Positions 1-10,821 of a stretch of DNA of 64,000 bases are shown here, one piece after another. The notes under the pieces are model-generated. The model was not told the DNA's origin, did not search any database, and worked only from the letters and a program-made list of their open reading frames with translations. The first letter of the stretch is position 1. Each line of letters starts with the position of its first letter. Made by a program: the position numbers and the translations under genes. Origin of the DNA: Mayamaea pseudoterrestris (taxonomy: Eukaryota); assembly GCA_027923505.1 (NCBI GenBank), contig BROI01000001.1:1116001-1180000 (forward strand), read 5' to 3'.

Positions 1-1338
1 CCGCTCCTTGGTTGCAATCAAGCTCATGGATGGCACACTATCGGCTTGCTCCAAGCGCTTTAATGCTTCCTCAACAATTTGCACGTCATGCATTGGTCCC
101 AGCCAAAGCGGTCCACCAATCTTTAGTGATTCCTTATCATTCATATCCATTATCTGGTCCTTACTCATCCGTCCAGCCTGATAGACATTGCTGTTGCGTC
201 CGCCCAGCTGCCCTGCTGCTACTACATGAAAGACTGGACTATGCGTCGACTGGAAAACGTTCCCAGTATGCAGCGACAATCGACTGACGCCGGCCTTGTT
301 CTCATTAATTTCCACAAAGACACGAACATAAAATGCCATGCCCACGCTCAAGACTGGATGCATAGTTCTTCCATATCGAGAGGCACTACTAGCAATTGCA
401 TGCAGCAAAATGCGAATGGCTACTTCCTGCAAGTATCCAGCGCGTTGAATGGGAATACTAGCATACCTGCCAAAGCACGTTTCTGGATGCGCGCCACCCA
501 GTGCCGCCATGTCAGTGCAAGTAATGCACAGTAGACCGCCATTGGCAATGCCTTGGACTGCCGCATCTAGAAATGGAGCAGCTGAACCGTATGGGTCTAG
601 ATCAATGACATCCCATTGTGGTTGTAGCTGGTAGCTTGACGTGGTTGTTGTGTTAGAGTTCTTGTTGCTGGCTGTTGCTTCCTTGCTCGCTGGCGGAGGC
701 ACGGGAGGCTTGCGACTGGCGTACATTTCCATGAGTGCATCACCAGTTTGAATGTGAATGCCATGAGGTCGTTCATAGCTACTCGAGTTGCCATTGCTTT
801 GAATTGGAGCATCAGGAGCAGATGCATTCGCCAGACTATCTTGTAGATTGTTTTGTCTTACATTTTCCATGGCTCGATCCATGGCCGCCGGATCAATATC
901 GTTAATAGCAACATGTTTGACATTTGGAATTTCCTTCCAGTATCTAAGTGAGCGCAATCCTGACGCTGCCAAAGCATCAAGAATGCAGAGTCCATGTTTG
1001 GAAGCATCCAGTGACGAAACAAGTGCTGTCGGGTCAATCGTTTTACGATATTCCTCCACTTGCTCCTTGATGGAAGATTCAGAATCGTGGTTTAACTTGT
1101 CTCGTCGCTCCTGCTTCAGTTGCTTCTCCTTTTCTTTCAAAGCAATTCTAAGAGCTCTTCGCTCGCCAGCCAATGTAATCATGAGAATGGAAAGGTCGCG
1201 ATTCTGAACTTGCACTGGATTGTAAAAGACTTTTGTCGCGTCTCCAGCTGGAAAAGTCATACTAATCGATCCTTCCGTGATTGTCGTCGTCGTTGGTTGC
1301 TTTGTATCATCCTTGGTTGAGTCGGGCATGATAGTCAT
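1..1338 (-). CDS. TRM1: tRNA (guanine26-N2)-dimethyltransferase Trm1, partial (C-terminus beyond left edge; start ATG at 1338 or 1329)
   Basis: Absent from the ORF track because no stop lies in the window. Manual minus-strand translation gives VFYNPVQVQNRDLS, ILDALAASGLRSLRYWKE, INDID, DVIDLDPYGSAAPFLDAAVQ and GGLLCITCTDMA, all Trm1 hallmarks. Confidence 0.95.
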   Translation of the reverse strand, partial: MTIMPDSTKDDTKQPTTTTITEGSISMTFPAGDATKVFYNPVQVQNRDLSILMITLAGERRALRIALKEKEKQLKQERRDKLNHDSESSIKEQVEEYRKTIDPTALVSSLDASKHGLCILDALAASGLRSLRYWKEIPNVKHVAINDIDPAAMDRAMENVRQNNLQDSLANASAPDAPIQSNGNSSSYERPHGIHIQTGDALMEMYASRKPPVPPPASKEATASNKNSNTTTTSSYQLQPQWDVIDLDPYGSAAPFLDAAVQGIANGGLLCITCTDMAALGGAHPETCFGRYASIPIQRAGYLQEVAIRILLHAIASSASRYGRTMHPVLSVGMAFYVRVFVEINENKAGVSRLSLHTGNVFQSTHSPVFHVVAAGQLGGRNSNVYQAGRMSKDQIMDMNDKESLKIGGPLWLGPMHDVQIVEEALKRLEQADSVPSMSLIATKER

Positions 1339-2715
1339 GAGACGACAAAATATAGCGCGGCACACTTGCAACGAGGAGACCGAGGGAAAAAATGTCGCCT
1401 GATGATTCGCCAAGCCACAAAAGTGAGAAAGTCGGACAACAGAGACACGCCGTGTCAATCGAGGGATTATTAGTATATGTGACACTATCTTGAAAAAAGG
1501 CAGCAAGCAGGGTGGAGGAGGGACCTATTGCTTGTCAACAAGTGGATCAAAATCTGGAAGGATCGAGTGGCCGACGCCGCCGCGCCGAGTGAATCGCGCT
1601 ACGACTTGAATCGATTACCGCTACGACTAAAGACGAAATTCGATTTGACGAATTTGATGCATGCAATTGAGACTGTGAGAATGGACAACTTGCTGCTCCG
1701 TCAACATCATCCATCAAATCTTGCGCCAAACATTCCCGATGCCGAAAACTCAGGATTAAGCAAGTTGGCAGGATCGCTGTACGCTGTACTCTACATTTGA
1801 CAATTCCAAGTGCAAGGGCGAATGGCGATGCTCACTCCGATGCCATGCCATATGCCATGCCATTTTGGAATTTGTTGAGCCACTGGGAGTAGCTGTAGTT
1901 ACTGAATGCACTCCTTTAGGCATGGTGATATTATCCAAGAGTCCAAAAGACGAGAGCAGTCACCATGACAGATGACAGACTGTGACGCTAGCAGATTTCA
2001 GAAGTTCAGCTCTTTCCTATCTTGCGTCTTGCATGGAGTAAATCTGAAATGCGTTGACGAAGTACAGGACTGCATGATGCTGCTTATACACAGCGGGTAA
2101 TAACTTTTTCAAGCTGATGCAAGATGCATCAATACATCTACATTATGCAACAATTTCACATTTTACAAAGTATCATCGATGATCCTTTCAAGAGGCCCAA
2201 AATGTTCTTTCAGGAAGTAAGTGGCACAGGGTCGCAGGTTGCGAGCAAGCACTGTTGGCACCAATCATCTTCCATGGCATGCAAACAAGCAAGGCCACAA
2301 AAACCGATTTGCCAGGAGCCACGAGCCACGAGCCACGAGACAGTCGTAGTCGAGTCTTTCCCGCATGGCGATGGCGACAGCACCGTCGGAATCCGCTAAG
2401 GCGCTGCACCAGCGGCAACAGTACAATTGCAGTAATTGTGCTTGTACCAATCGCTTCATTCATGGACGCGACTTGCGAAAATAAAGACTGAAGAAAAAGG
2501 CGACAGTGAGGATGACGTAACCTTGTGGACGACGTATCTGGCGTAAGACACCATCCCAGCTGTTTGCGCTGACAGCGATATTGACAATGGAACGGAGTTG
2601 CACGGACACATTGATGTCATTTGTGAATATACTCCGAGACAAATGCGAAGCATTCCCGCAATCATTGGTAGGAGTAGCAATTAAACGGCTACAATGACAT
2701 AAGCAAATATCCGAA

Positions 2716-4149
2716 ATGACTGCCGTAATTAAGCCCTTGCACAAGTCCGTGAATAAAGCGATCATAAAACGAGACGTGGAATTGCATCGTGAGTCTACAT
2801 CGCAGCGAAGCGAAGGAGGAAATAGACACTGCAAGAGTCCCATTGTCTTTTTTCTTTTCGAGTGTTCAAGTATATTTGGATTACAAGAAGCAATGTCGAA
2901 AGGGGATGGAATGCCAGGTTTGATCGCTGCGAAAAGAGAGCAGGGAATGCAACCTGACTCGCATCTGATGAGCGAGGAAACGATGCTGCTTGCGGAGTCG
3001 TTACCAAAGAATACCAGTCCATTGGTCAGCGAATACAGTCGTGAAGGAAGCATCAAGCCTATTGCGAGACGAGCTTCGCACAAGGTAAAGGTTAGGTTGG
3101 ATGGAAAGCCGCATCGCCCACTCAGTGCCTACAATTTCTTTATACGCGAAGCAAGGGCTCGCATCAAGGCTGACGCTTCCTCCACGTCGTCCAACTCAGA
3201 CAACCAGACTTCAACCGAGAATCCACGAGACACTTTTGTCTCAGTCGGGAAATTGTTGGCAGACCGCTGGAAGGACATTTCTGACGATGAAAAGGCCAAG
3301 TTCCAAAAGTTGGCCGATGAAGACATGACACGATATCAAAAGGCCATGAGCGCGTACCAGCTTGGAGAACTTCGAAGGAAGCGCACTGCCAAGCCTGAAA
3401 TGAGTCGGTATGCCTCATCTGCAGTGCCAGTCCTTCCAGTTGCGCAGACCTTAAGAAACATGGGTCTCGAGGTGCCGCAGTCGACCAACTTTGCCATGCC
3501 GACGGGCGCCTCGAATACATCTTACCAAAATATCTTGGCGCATGGCAATGGAGGAGTTGACTTTACGGCGGCATGGCTTCAGCAAGAGTTGAACAAGTAT
3601 TCACCGCTTCTGTCTCCGCCAAATACGATGCATTCTCTGCTTGCTCAGGGTGGGATGCCAAATCTTCAGAGGGACTTAAGCTCCATGAATCAGTATGGTC
3701 AGACGAACCTTTACCCCTTGCTGCAAGAACGGTTGCGACAACAGTCCTTTCAACAGCCATTTCTCTCCAATGAATCTGCACTTTTGCAGTCATTACAAAT
3801 GCAGCAAACATCGGAGCAACTTCGACAAGCGCAGCTACGACAACTCGAAAGCGATGCATTGCAACAAGGTCTTCTCCGAAACATGCTACAACCGTCCTTG
3901 TCTGGAAACGACGGACTATTCCAGTCTGCAGACAGTCTACTTGGACCATATGCGTCCGCAAATTTGGCATCCATGCCTGCTTCCCACATTCCAGGGGCCG
4001 ACACAAGTGGACTTCTACAATCGTATCTTCAGAGCTTGGCAAATGAACAAAGTACAATGATTGGGCTTTCGGCAGCTAACGCTAGTGACATACAGGCTAC
4101 TATGAAGAAAGCTCGAAGCAATGGAAAGCCTGATCAGCGATTCAGATAA
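2716..4149 (+). CDS. HMG-box protein with Q/L-rich C-terminal tail (true start may be ATG 2893)
   Basis: KPHRPLSAYNFFIREAR...VGKLLADRWKDISDDEKAKFQKLADEDMTRYQKAM matches an HMG box. Confidence 0.9.
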   Translation: MTAVIKPLHKSVNKAIIKRDVELHRESTSQRSEGGNRHCKSPIVFFLFECSSIFGLQEAMSKGDGMPGLIAAKREQGMQPDSHLMSEETMLLAESLPKNTSPLVSEYSREGSIKPIARRASHKVKVRLDGKPHRPLSAYNFFIREARARIKADASSTSSNSDNQTSTENPRDTFVSVGKLLADRWKDISDDEKAKFQKLADEDMTRYQKAMSAYQLGELRRKRTAKPEMSRYASSAVPVLPVAQTLRNMGLEVPQSTNFAMPTGASNTSYQNILAHGNGGVDFTAAWLQQELNKYSPLLSPPNTMHSLLAQGGMPNLQRDLSSMNQYGQTNLYPLLQERLRQQSFQQPFLSNESALLQSLQMQQTSEQLRQAQLRQLESDALQQGLLRNMLQPSLSGNDGLFQSADSLLGPYASANLASMPASHIPGADTSGLLQSYLQSLANEQSTMIGLSAANASDIQATMKKARSNGKPDQRFR

Positions 4150-4786
4150 AGCCATGCGCAGATGATTGTAAAGGCCAAGCGTTATGTCGCTGCAGATACT
4201 GTTAGCGAATCTAGTGCTTACATAAATCGAGTTTAAGCTATACATATGGCTATCGCTTGTATCATACGTCTGTAGGAGTAGGGTCTAGAAGAAGCGTCAC
4301 TCAATCCAATTCTTCTTATTTCTATAGGGCGAGTAATTGGACCTGCAATGCCTATGAATGCGGACTGTACTCGCCCTAGCTTTACGTTGGAAGTATGCCG
4401 GCTTAGAGTATTTAGGCAAGCTTTGTCGGACCGTGCGTCATCGTCCATGCTTGTTTCGTCGCGCAATTTTAAACACTGGTAGGCTGTTTCAAGGAGTCAT
4501 CGTTCATTAAGTGCTTTGCTATAGACCTACCAAGCCCGTCGTTGGCATACTCCTCCAAGTCGTAACGATTGTCGCTGAGAGATTCTGTGTTTCAAAGGAG
4601 CAAGCGATAAAGATGCCAGCAGGCGGAGACTGCAAAGTCAATCAAGGTATCTACCATTACCATAGGAAAGGGCGGTTGTGCCGAAACGCGAGGACGAGGC
4701 CGTCAATTGTCGGAGTGAATGCCCGCTTGGCTCAATAGAGTTGTTTGCTTGGCCAGTGACAAGTGATTGGCACCTATTAAGTTGAG

Positions 4787-5458
4787 TCATGTCAATTGTC
4801 GTTGTATATGCTGGTGCAAGTAATCGTGCTGAAGCGTCTCCAGGTCGAAACGATATCCAAACGCCGTGTCAAGTCCATCAACTCCTTCCAAGGCGGCCGC
4901 TTTTTCCAAAACTGCCACTCGCTGGAACCCCAGCGACTCCCATAGAGCTATACTGACTGGATTGGACTTGAATACAAGGTTAAAGTATGCACTCTTGTAG
5001 TCCAAGTCGCGAGCGATTTGTAGAAAGACGTGACCCATCAAGCGGCCAACGCCTTGGCCGCGAAAGCGAGGTGCCGTAATGAAGCCGCCGTTACAAACGT
5101 GCGAGCATCGGCCTGGAAAGTTTGGCTTAACGTAAAAGCAACCCATGAAATCATTTGTTGGGGAATGATTGCCTTGATTGTCGACTCCAGCTTCAGCAGC
5201 GCGGACGACCAGTGCAGTGTGTGACAAAAAGTAGCGTCGATAGTCTTCGAGCGTTGCAAACTCGTCTCGAAATGGCCAAGTTCTGCCTTCTCGGATAATC
5301 AAATTCATGAGATCAATTCCTTGATTCCAATCCTCTCGTTCAAATGCAGCGACTTGAACATTACGTCCATTCTTGAGTCTAGTTTGGAACGGAAGGTACG
5401 TCAATGTTGACAGACCGAGTGTTCCGTCGCCAATGTCACCGCAATATGCTGTCGTCAT
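4787..5458 (-). CDS. GNAT N-acetyltransferase, Mpr1/Spt10-like
   Basis: GCFYVKPNFPGRCSHVCNGGF, acetyl-CoA motif RFRGQGVG, FNLVFKSNPVSIALWESLGF. Confidence 0.88.
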   Translation of the reverse strand: MTTAYCGDIGDGTLGLSTLTYLPFQTRLKNGRNVQVAAFEREDWNQGIDLMNLIIREGRTWPFRDEFATLEDYRRYFLSHTALVVRAAEAGVDNQGNHSPTNDFMGCFYVKPNFPGRCSHVCNGGFITAPRFRGQGVGRLMGHVFLQIARDLDYKSAYFNLVFKSNPVSIALWESLGFQRVAVLEKAAALEGVDGLDTAFGYRFDLETLQHDYLHQHIQRQLT

Positions 5459-5796
5459 GATAACGACAAATTTACTGTTCTATGCGATGGATAGTCGGGA
5501 GTGGCTGCAAGGAGCGTAATTGATTGTTATTGCAAGTACGACGAGACGACGATCATCGATGGACGGAGCTTCGTGGTGGCGCGCCTTCGCGGTGGCTCGC
5601 TTGAATACCGGAAAGGTACCTGTGCGACTTTATCTAACGTGCGATCGAGCGCATTGAGGCAAGAGAAGGGCAAGCCGCTAGCTTGTATAATAAGGGCCGT
5701 GACTCGCGATACTGCAGTATACTGACAAGTCAAAGTTTTAAGCCGGCAAATATTTATGGTGGTCATTTTACTAATAAAAGATAGGGTTTGCACATT

Positions 5797-7535
5797 CTAA
5801 TGCTTGTGCCCAACCGTTGGCATGGTCATGCCACCCAAATCGGCGGGGTGATACGGCCAGTTGCTCGTTACAGTCTTGAGTTGCGTATAAAAGTATACTC
5901 CCGACCTTCCGTAAAAGTTGAGATCACCGCGAATGCTTGCCTTGTTGCCCGTGAACGAAAACATTGGTAACGGCACCGGAATGGGAACGTTAATGCCAAC
6001 CTGGCCGACTTGAACTTCGTGCGTAAACTTGCGTGCAGCTGCTCCACTGGAAGTAAAGAGAGCACATCCATTGCCATATTGATTCGAGTTTGTAATGCTC
6101 ACGGCTTCGTCCAGCGTGTCTGCTTCCAAGCACACTAGCACTGGTCCAAAAATCTCCTCGGTATAGCAAATATTTGTCGTGTCAACCTTGGACAAGACTG
6201 ACGGCCCGACAAAGTTGCCATCAGGATACTGATCTACTACGTGGCTGCGTCCATCCAAGAGCAGTTCAGCTCCTTGATCAACTGCTTGAGCAATGATGCG
6301 CTCCACTCGCAGTTTCGCAGCCTCGTCAATGAGTGGCCCAATATCCACTCCATCTTCCCAACCTGCTCCAACCTTGAGCTTCGTTGCCTCCTGCACAATA
6401 TCAGTCAGCCACTCCTTTGCATCGCCGACAAGAATCAACGTTGACAATGCCATGCATCGCTGTCCAGCCGCTCCAAATGCAGCTCCGCATATTGCCTTGA
6501 CGACAGCAGCTCGATCCGCATCCGGTAATACCACGGCATGATTCTTGGCGCCCATGTTACTTTGAACTCGCTTACCATTTGCAGTTCCAAGCTCGAAAAT
6601 GTGTTCACCGGCTCGGTTGCTTCCGACAAACGAAATGGCCTTGACGTCGGAGTGCGTGCAGATGCGATTCACAGTGTCAACGCTACCATGCACCACTTGC
6701 AACACATTTTCCAGCAATCCAGCTTCCACCATGAGTTGCGCCAGCATCAATGTTGCACTCGGCGTCTTTTCACTTGGCTTGATGACGAATGAATTGCCGC
6801 AAGCAATAGCGAGTGGAAACATCCAAAGCGGAATCATGGCTGGAAAGTTGAACGGACAAATGCCGGCGCAAACGCCCAATGGTTCTCGATACGAAACAGT
6901 GTCCTGTGCAAATGATGGAAGAGATTTTTGAAAGCGAATGAGCGAGTACTATACTTGGTGTTTGGTACTCGTAATGTATTAGCCAGCAGCGAAAGGGAAC
7001 GAGACAATGGAACACTCACCATAGTTGAACTAATCCCAGCCATTGAGTCTCCCAGTAGATACGGCGCCACTTGACACGCCGTTTCCACAACCTCCAACCC
7101 TCGAAATACATCTCCTTTTGCATCTGCCAAAGTCTTGCCTTGTTCAATGGTAATGCAGTGCGCCAATTCCGGCGTGGCAAGTCGAATGAGTCGCTGATAC
7201 TCGAGCATGACGCGCTGCCGCTGCTGAACAGGGACTGTACGCCAATTCAAATAGGCTGCGTGCGCCTTGTCGATAATGTGATGGAACTCATCCTCTGTCG
7301 TTTCAGCAATGGTAGCAATTGTCTCCTGCGTGGCTGGATTCGTCACGTCCAGCGAAGGAAGGGCGGCGCTCAAAGAGAATGAATTGTCTGTAAACTGCTT
7401 GTAGACGTTGGTATTGGAGTCGATCCAGTCGCCCTGCAAGACTGGTGTAGCCGATGACGAAGAAAGAACTCGTAGCTGGCGGCTTGTCGCTCGACGGAGC
7501 ATGGCGGCTGTGGAACGCTTCATCATCATCATCAT
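5797..7535 (-). CDS. ALDH6A1: Methylmalonate-semialdehyde dehydrogenase (acylating), mitochondrial; 2 exons, intron 6904-7019
   Basis: Splicing GTGAGT...CAG joins [30 protein letters not shown]. Also catalytic [18 protein letters not shown] and an Arg/Ser-rich presequence. Confidence 0.96.
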
Positions 7536-7786
7536 GGTGGAAACTGTGACGGAATTCTCGCCGAGATGCGATGGATCGCTTCGTTCTGTGGTGACGTCAC
7601 CAAGATGTCACGTTCAGTCGCTTAAAACGTCATCTTGTCGCTGCGACAGTCACAAGTCAGTCGACGACGAATGTGCACGCGATCACCATGGCGAAGACTG
7701 ACCCGACTCCGGATGCACCGCTTTTGTCCCCTTGTCGAAAGGCGTCCACATCTCGCATCCAAGAACGTCACTGACAAAGACTCATC

Positions 7787-8881
7787 ATGACTCGTAAATA
7801 TAGAAAGGACTTTGGCATTCTGCTTGTCCTTGTGCTCTGTCAAACTTGTACGACCGCATTCCAATTCCAATTTTCGACGAACGTTCACGAGTTTTCGAAA
7901 AGCTCATCAACATGTCTGTTTGCCATTAAACGAGCAGGACTGGAGGATATTGATGCCGATGCCCTAAAAGCGAGTAGAAAAGGCAAGAAAAACAAGAACA
8001 AGAAACCGCAGCAGCAGCAAGCATCCATTTCTCCAGCATTAGCACAATGGGCGGCAACTTCCGCGAGTAGCGAAAAGGACGCAGATGCAGCTGCATTTGG
8101 GAAAGAGTCACAACAACCAACAGAAAACAACGCAAAGGGATCTTCTCGTCGCATAAAGCAAGCCAGTCGACAGGCAGTCGACGTCGAGCGAGACTCCAAG
8201 ATTCAAGCTCTCATCGTTCAATTCCAGGAAACTCTTTCATCAAGCAAGCCAACGATCGACGCCATACTACGACCCATTCGAGACTTGCTGCAACTAGCAT
8301 TAACGTCTACATCATCCAGCACTAGTGTTAGCCTTCGCTCGCTCATCGCCAGTCCCACTGTATACCACTACCGACTAGCTTGGGTTGGATCAGATGACGC
8401 GGTGTCGCACGTTGGCACTGGCTTGCACAAGGTTCCACTGGCGCGTCTGCAGGAAGTCTTTTTGACATTGGGGCGCGGAGGTCGCGTCACATGGATGGAG
8501 GCGATTCGATTGCTGGGGCCGTTTCCAAACATTAAGAATGAGTTGCAGGGTGAGTGCAAAGTGACGACAGCGTCATTGACTGCCAACAAGAAGAACACTG
8601 GCAGCGACGAAGCATCATCATTGTCGATAGTGCCAGCAGACTGGAGCATTACATGGGACAGTATGATTGATGGGACTGGTCGACAGGTGACTGCTGGTCC
8701 AGAGGTGCGGACGGTGGAGTTGCAAGTCGCCCTTGCCGATTCGGCAGTGATTGTGGCGTTCATGCCAACAACTGACGGAACACTGCGTAATGATCCATTG
8801 GAAGCAGGTGGCAAGCATGTTTTGGTGTTTGTTCGAGAAGATGAATTGGACGAAAAGTTGGAAGCTTTGCGAATTGCTTAA
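7787..8881 (+). CDS. Hypothetical protein, probably plastid-targeted
   Basis: 364-aa ORF with a hydrophobic signal peptide ending CTTA-F (ASAFAP-like) and a Ser-rich transit-like region. Confidence 0.7.
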   Translation: MTRKYRKDFGILLVLVLCQTCTTAFQFQFSTNVHEFSKSSSTCLFAIKRAGLEDIDADALKASRKGKKNKNKKPQQQQASISPALAQWAATSASSEKDADAAAFGKESQQPTENNAKGSSRRIKQASRQAVDVERDSKIQALIVQFQETLSSSKPTIDAILRPIRDLLQLALTSTSSSTSVSLRSLIASPTVYHYRLAWVGSDDAVSHVGTGLHKVPLARLQEVFLTLGRGGRVTWMEAIRLLGPFPNIKNELQGECKVTTASLTANKKNTGSDEASSLSIVPADWSITWDSMIDGTGRQVTAGPEVRTVELQVALADSAVIVAFMPTTDGTLRNDPLEAGGKHVLVFVREDELDEKLEALRIA

Positions 8882-9088
8882 TCAAAGATGATAGGGCGTG
8901 CTGATGCCAAGGAGCAATGACACATGATGGCCGCATACAATTAACTCAACCCTTTACTTTTGATAACGTAATATAAACCAAACTGCTTACTTAAAGAGGC
9001 GGATCAAAGATGATAGGCGCTCCAGAATGACACATATCCGCATACAATTAACTCAACCCTTTACTTTTGATAACGTAATATAAACCAA
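8881..9088. repeat. Imperfect local tandem duplication, 2 copies
   Basis: 51-bp identical core CCGCATACAATTAACTCAACCC...TATAAACCAA at 8931-8981 and 9038-9088. Both copies open with ATCAAAGATGATAGG (8881, 9003). Confidence 0.95.
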
Positions 9089-9304
9089 TAAGCCTTGCTT
9101 GTTACTTACACTTGAAAAATACGGTCCGTTTCAGACCTTTATTAAACCGGTACCGGTACGACGTCGAAGAATTTTCAGCCTTCACCATGGCGCGGCGCTG
9201 CGGCAGAAAGGCCTGCTCACTGCCAGTCGATTGGCCGACGAAACGCCAAAGAAGCCAAAACAAGTCAAAGTAAATCAAGCAAAACACGATCAAAGTACTG
9301 ATGA

Positions 9305-10492
9305 ATGAAAGTTCTACCGGTACAACGGAGAAAGACTGCTTCTTTGCGACAGTCGAGTCTTTTGCTTTGTCTCTTCGCCCTGGTCACACTTCGATTCTGG
9401 AAGGCGTTCAAACAAACTTCCAATCAGGCGTTAGCGCTACTGATTACGAGTACATCCAATGTCACTGCAACAGATGAGAGAAAGGATGTGTGGATAGAAG
9501 ATGGTGCTTCGTCTATCAATAGCAGCAGCAGGAGTAAAGGAGGCAAGCAGAAGTCGAGCAGCAATCTACGAACCAATCATACTACTGCATTTGCATCAAC
9601 ATTCCCGTCTGCATCACCTTCCTCCACCGAGCATCAAAGAATTTTCTACTCCCAGCTGCGAACGGACCGATCCGGTGCCGTCATTCAGGACTTGCTCATG
9701 GCACATGCCTACGCGTTTGAGAATGACTTGAAGTATGGAGGCGCCTGTGACGAGAATATAATGTTGAATGAGACAGAACAAGGCAGCGTCAGAAACAAGA
9801 ACAGCTCTGTCGCCAACATTCAGCACTTGATACAGAGCCTCGGCTTGCAAAATGATATCTCATTGGCATGTCCTACGTCCAATGCAAAGGCTCCCATTGT
9901 CCATCGCAATTTTTACACGTCGAGTGGCATGGCCGTCTTTACCAAACGCTGGCTCGACTACATTCATTCCAAGGTTCATTATTCACAGTCAAACAACAAA
10001 CACTCCAATACAAACCAGAGCGATCATCAACAATTGTTGACTCCAACTACGAAACGAGCTGTCATTCACATGCGACGCGGAGACGTGCAGCCATGCGACG
10101 ATGAAGAGCAACGATACTTGCCACATGCATACTACCTGCGGGCCATGCTGGACCATGTTCCCATTGATTACCAAGTTACAATTCACTCCGAGTCGCAGTC
10201 GTTTGAACCATGGAACGACTTTATGAATCAGACGAACAGTTGGAATGTATCGTACATTTTTGACTGTCCCATTCTAGATGCTTGGATTGACATGATGAAC
10301 GCTGACGTTCTGATTCTTTCAAAAAGCAGCTTTTCGCTCGTTCCAGCTTTGCTGAACCAACATGGCAGAGTTATTTACACCAACTTTTGGTACGAGCCGC
10401 TTCCGGATTGGTACGAGACGAAAATTAACTATCAAGCTGACTTATATGAGGTGAAGCGAAGGTATTGTCGCAGTTATCAGATTGTAGAGTAA
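9305..10492 (+). CDS. Type II membrane glycosyltransferase, GT11/fucosyltransferase-like
   Basis: N-terminal TM, Ser-rich stem, IHMRRGDV (GDP-sugar HxRRGD motif) and ADVLILSKSSFS. Confidence 0.75.
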   Translation: MKVLPVQRRKTASLRQSSLLLCLFALVTLRFWKAFKQTSNQALALLITSTSNVTATDERKDVWIEDGASSINSSSRSKGGKQKSSSNLRTNHTTAFASTFPSASPSSTEHQRIFYSQLRTDRSGAVIQDLLMAHAYAFENDLKYGGACDENIMLNETEQGSVRNKNSSVANIQHLIQSLGLQNDISLACPTSNAKAPIVHRNFYTSSGMAVFTKRWLDYIHSKVHYSQSNNKHSNTNQSDHQQLLTPTTKRAVIHMRRGDVQPCDDEEQRYLPHAYYLRAMLDHVPIDYQVTIHSESQSFEPWNDFMNQTNSWNVSYIFDCPILDAWIDMMNADVLILSKSSFSLVPALLNQHGRVIYTNFWYEPLPDWYETKINYQADLYEVKRRYCRSYQIVE

Positions 10493-10821
10493 TGACAGAC
10501 GATTATGCTCGTACTTCTGCCGACGCATTTAATTTGCACGGGAGGAAAGCTAAAGTAGCGACTACCGGTAGTGACGAGTCATTTTCCATGATTTAAGTCG
10601 CTTTTGGAAGCATACTCCTTGATTTCGAACGAGTTATTATTACCTAAAGAAAGGTCCAAATATCATGTAACACTATATAAATGATTAACGCAGTTATACA
10701 AACACTCTTTCCTCGTATTGTATCATATCGAAGATACCCATGAATACATAATCTCCTAGTCCACGAATTTTCCCATTCATTAAATACCTCATTAGTCCAC
10801 CAGGTACATTCTCCTAGTTCT

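Noticed and set aside
848..1207. Plus-strand ORFs in the first 1.3 kb
   Set aside because: Antisense shadows of TRM1.
8881..9088. Duplicated segment as a snoRNA pair
   Set aside because: No convincing C/D or H/ACA boxes; it looks like a duplicated 3'UTR of the upstream gene.
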